64,000 bases of DNA from Lama glama (taxonomy: Eukaryota). Position 1 is the first letter of the stretch; each line of letters opens with the position of its first letter. Shown piece by piece: positions 63,061 to 64,000 of this stretch. The stretch lies in contig CM052818.1 of the NCBI GenBank assembly GCA_028534125.1, positions 124,001-188,000 of the forward strand, read 5' to 3'. A model generated the notes under the pieces. It was not told where the DNA came from and ran no database searches. It saw only the letters and a list, made by a program, of their open reading frames with translations. The position numbers were made by a program, and so were the translations under genes.

Positions 63061-64000
63061 AGATTGCTTTAGCAATTTGGGGTCTTTCATGGTTCCATAT
63101 AAATTTTAGAATTATTTGTTCTAGTTCTATGGAAAATGTCATATTTTGACAGGGGTTGCATGGACTATGTAGATTGCTTTGGTGATATGGTCATTTTAAT
63201 AGTGTTGGTTCTTCCAATCCATGAGCACAAGATCTCTTTCCATTTCTTTGTATCATCTTCAGTTTCCTTTGTCAATGTTTTATAATTATCAGAGTATAGG
63301 TAACCTTCGTGGTTGAGTTTATTTTTAAGTATTTTGTTGTTTTTGATGCAATGGAAATGTTTATGCCAATTACAAAATTCTGATTTTTGAAGTGAGGAAA
63401 AAAATGAACCAAGAGCCACAAATGGCAAAATATCCTTTTTTGTGGGTGAATTGTGTTCCATTGCGTATATATATACTGCATCTTCTTTACCCATCCATCT
63501 ATTGATGGGCACTTAGGATGCTTCCATATCTTGGCAATTATAAATAATGCTGCCATTAATAGCAGAGTGTATGTATCTTTTTGAAGTAATGTTTTTGTTT
63601 TTCTCACATATATACCCAGGAGTGGATATATGAGCCATATGGTGGTTTTATTTTTAGATTTTTGAGAAACTTCCATATTGTTCTCCATAGTGGCTGCACC
63701 AATTTACATTCCCACCAACAGTGTACATGGGTTCCCTTTTCTCCACATCCTTGCCAACATTTGTTATTTGTGATCTTTTTGATAATAGCCATTCTGACGG
63801 TGAGATGATACCGCATTGTGATTTCGATTTGCATTTCCCTGATATTAGTGATGTTGAACAACTTTACATGTTCCGGTGGGCCACCTGCATTTCTGCTTTT
63901 GGAAAAACGTCTATTCAGTTCTTCTGCCCATATTTTAAATGGGTTGTTTTTTGTTTGTTTGTTTTTTAATTGAAGTACAGTTGATTCAAAGTATTGTATT
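63061..64000 (-). mobile_element. L1 ORF2 fragments on minus strand in non-colinear order
   Basis: KKWKEILCSWIGR (63061-63355) and [16 protein letters not shown] (63414-63950). Confidence 0.88.

Overview
Mammalian genomic DNA; the tRNA-Ala-derived SINE family suggests a camelid (inference). The main feature is an intact 14-exon SEMA4F gene on the minus strand (CDS 49669 to 27613, 775 aa, all GT-AG introns, frame continuous) with a CpG-island promoter. Downstream lies a full-length, disabled PHF12 processed pseudogene (+, ~13037-17938). Its 5'UTR carries a sense-oriented solo ERV LTR with an expanded CCAAT array, octamers and a TATA box; the R/U5 of this LTR is locally hyper-diverged from a sister LTR in SEMA4F intron 5. 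Upstream of SEMA4F, an intron-containing, truncated and disabled WDR54 fragment is fused to a 3'-truncated L1 next to a 500-N gap. The rest is nested L1, SINE, LTR, L2, MIR and hAT repeats, including apparent L1 3' transductions, an orphan insertion and a solo poly(A) insertion. Human comparisons and repeat family names come from recall, not database searches.
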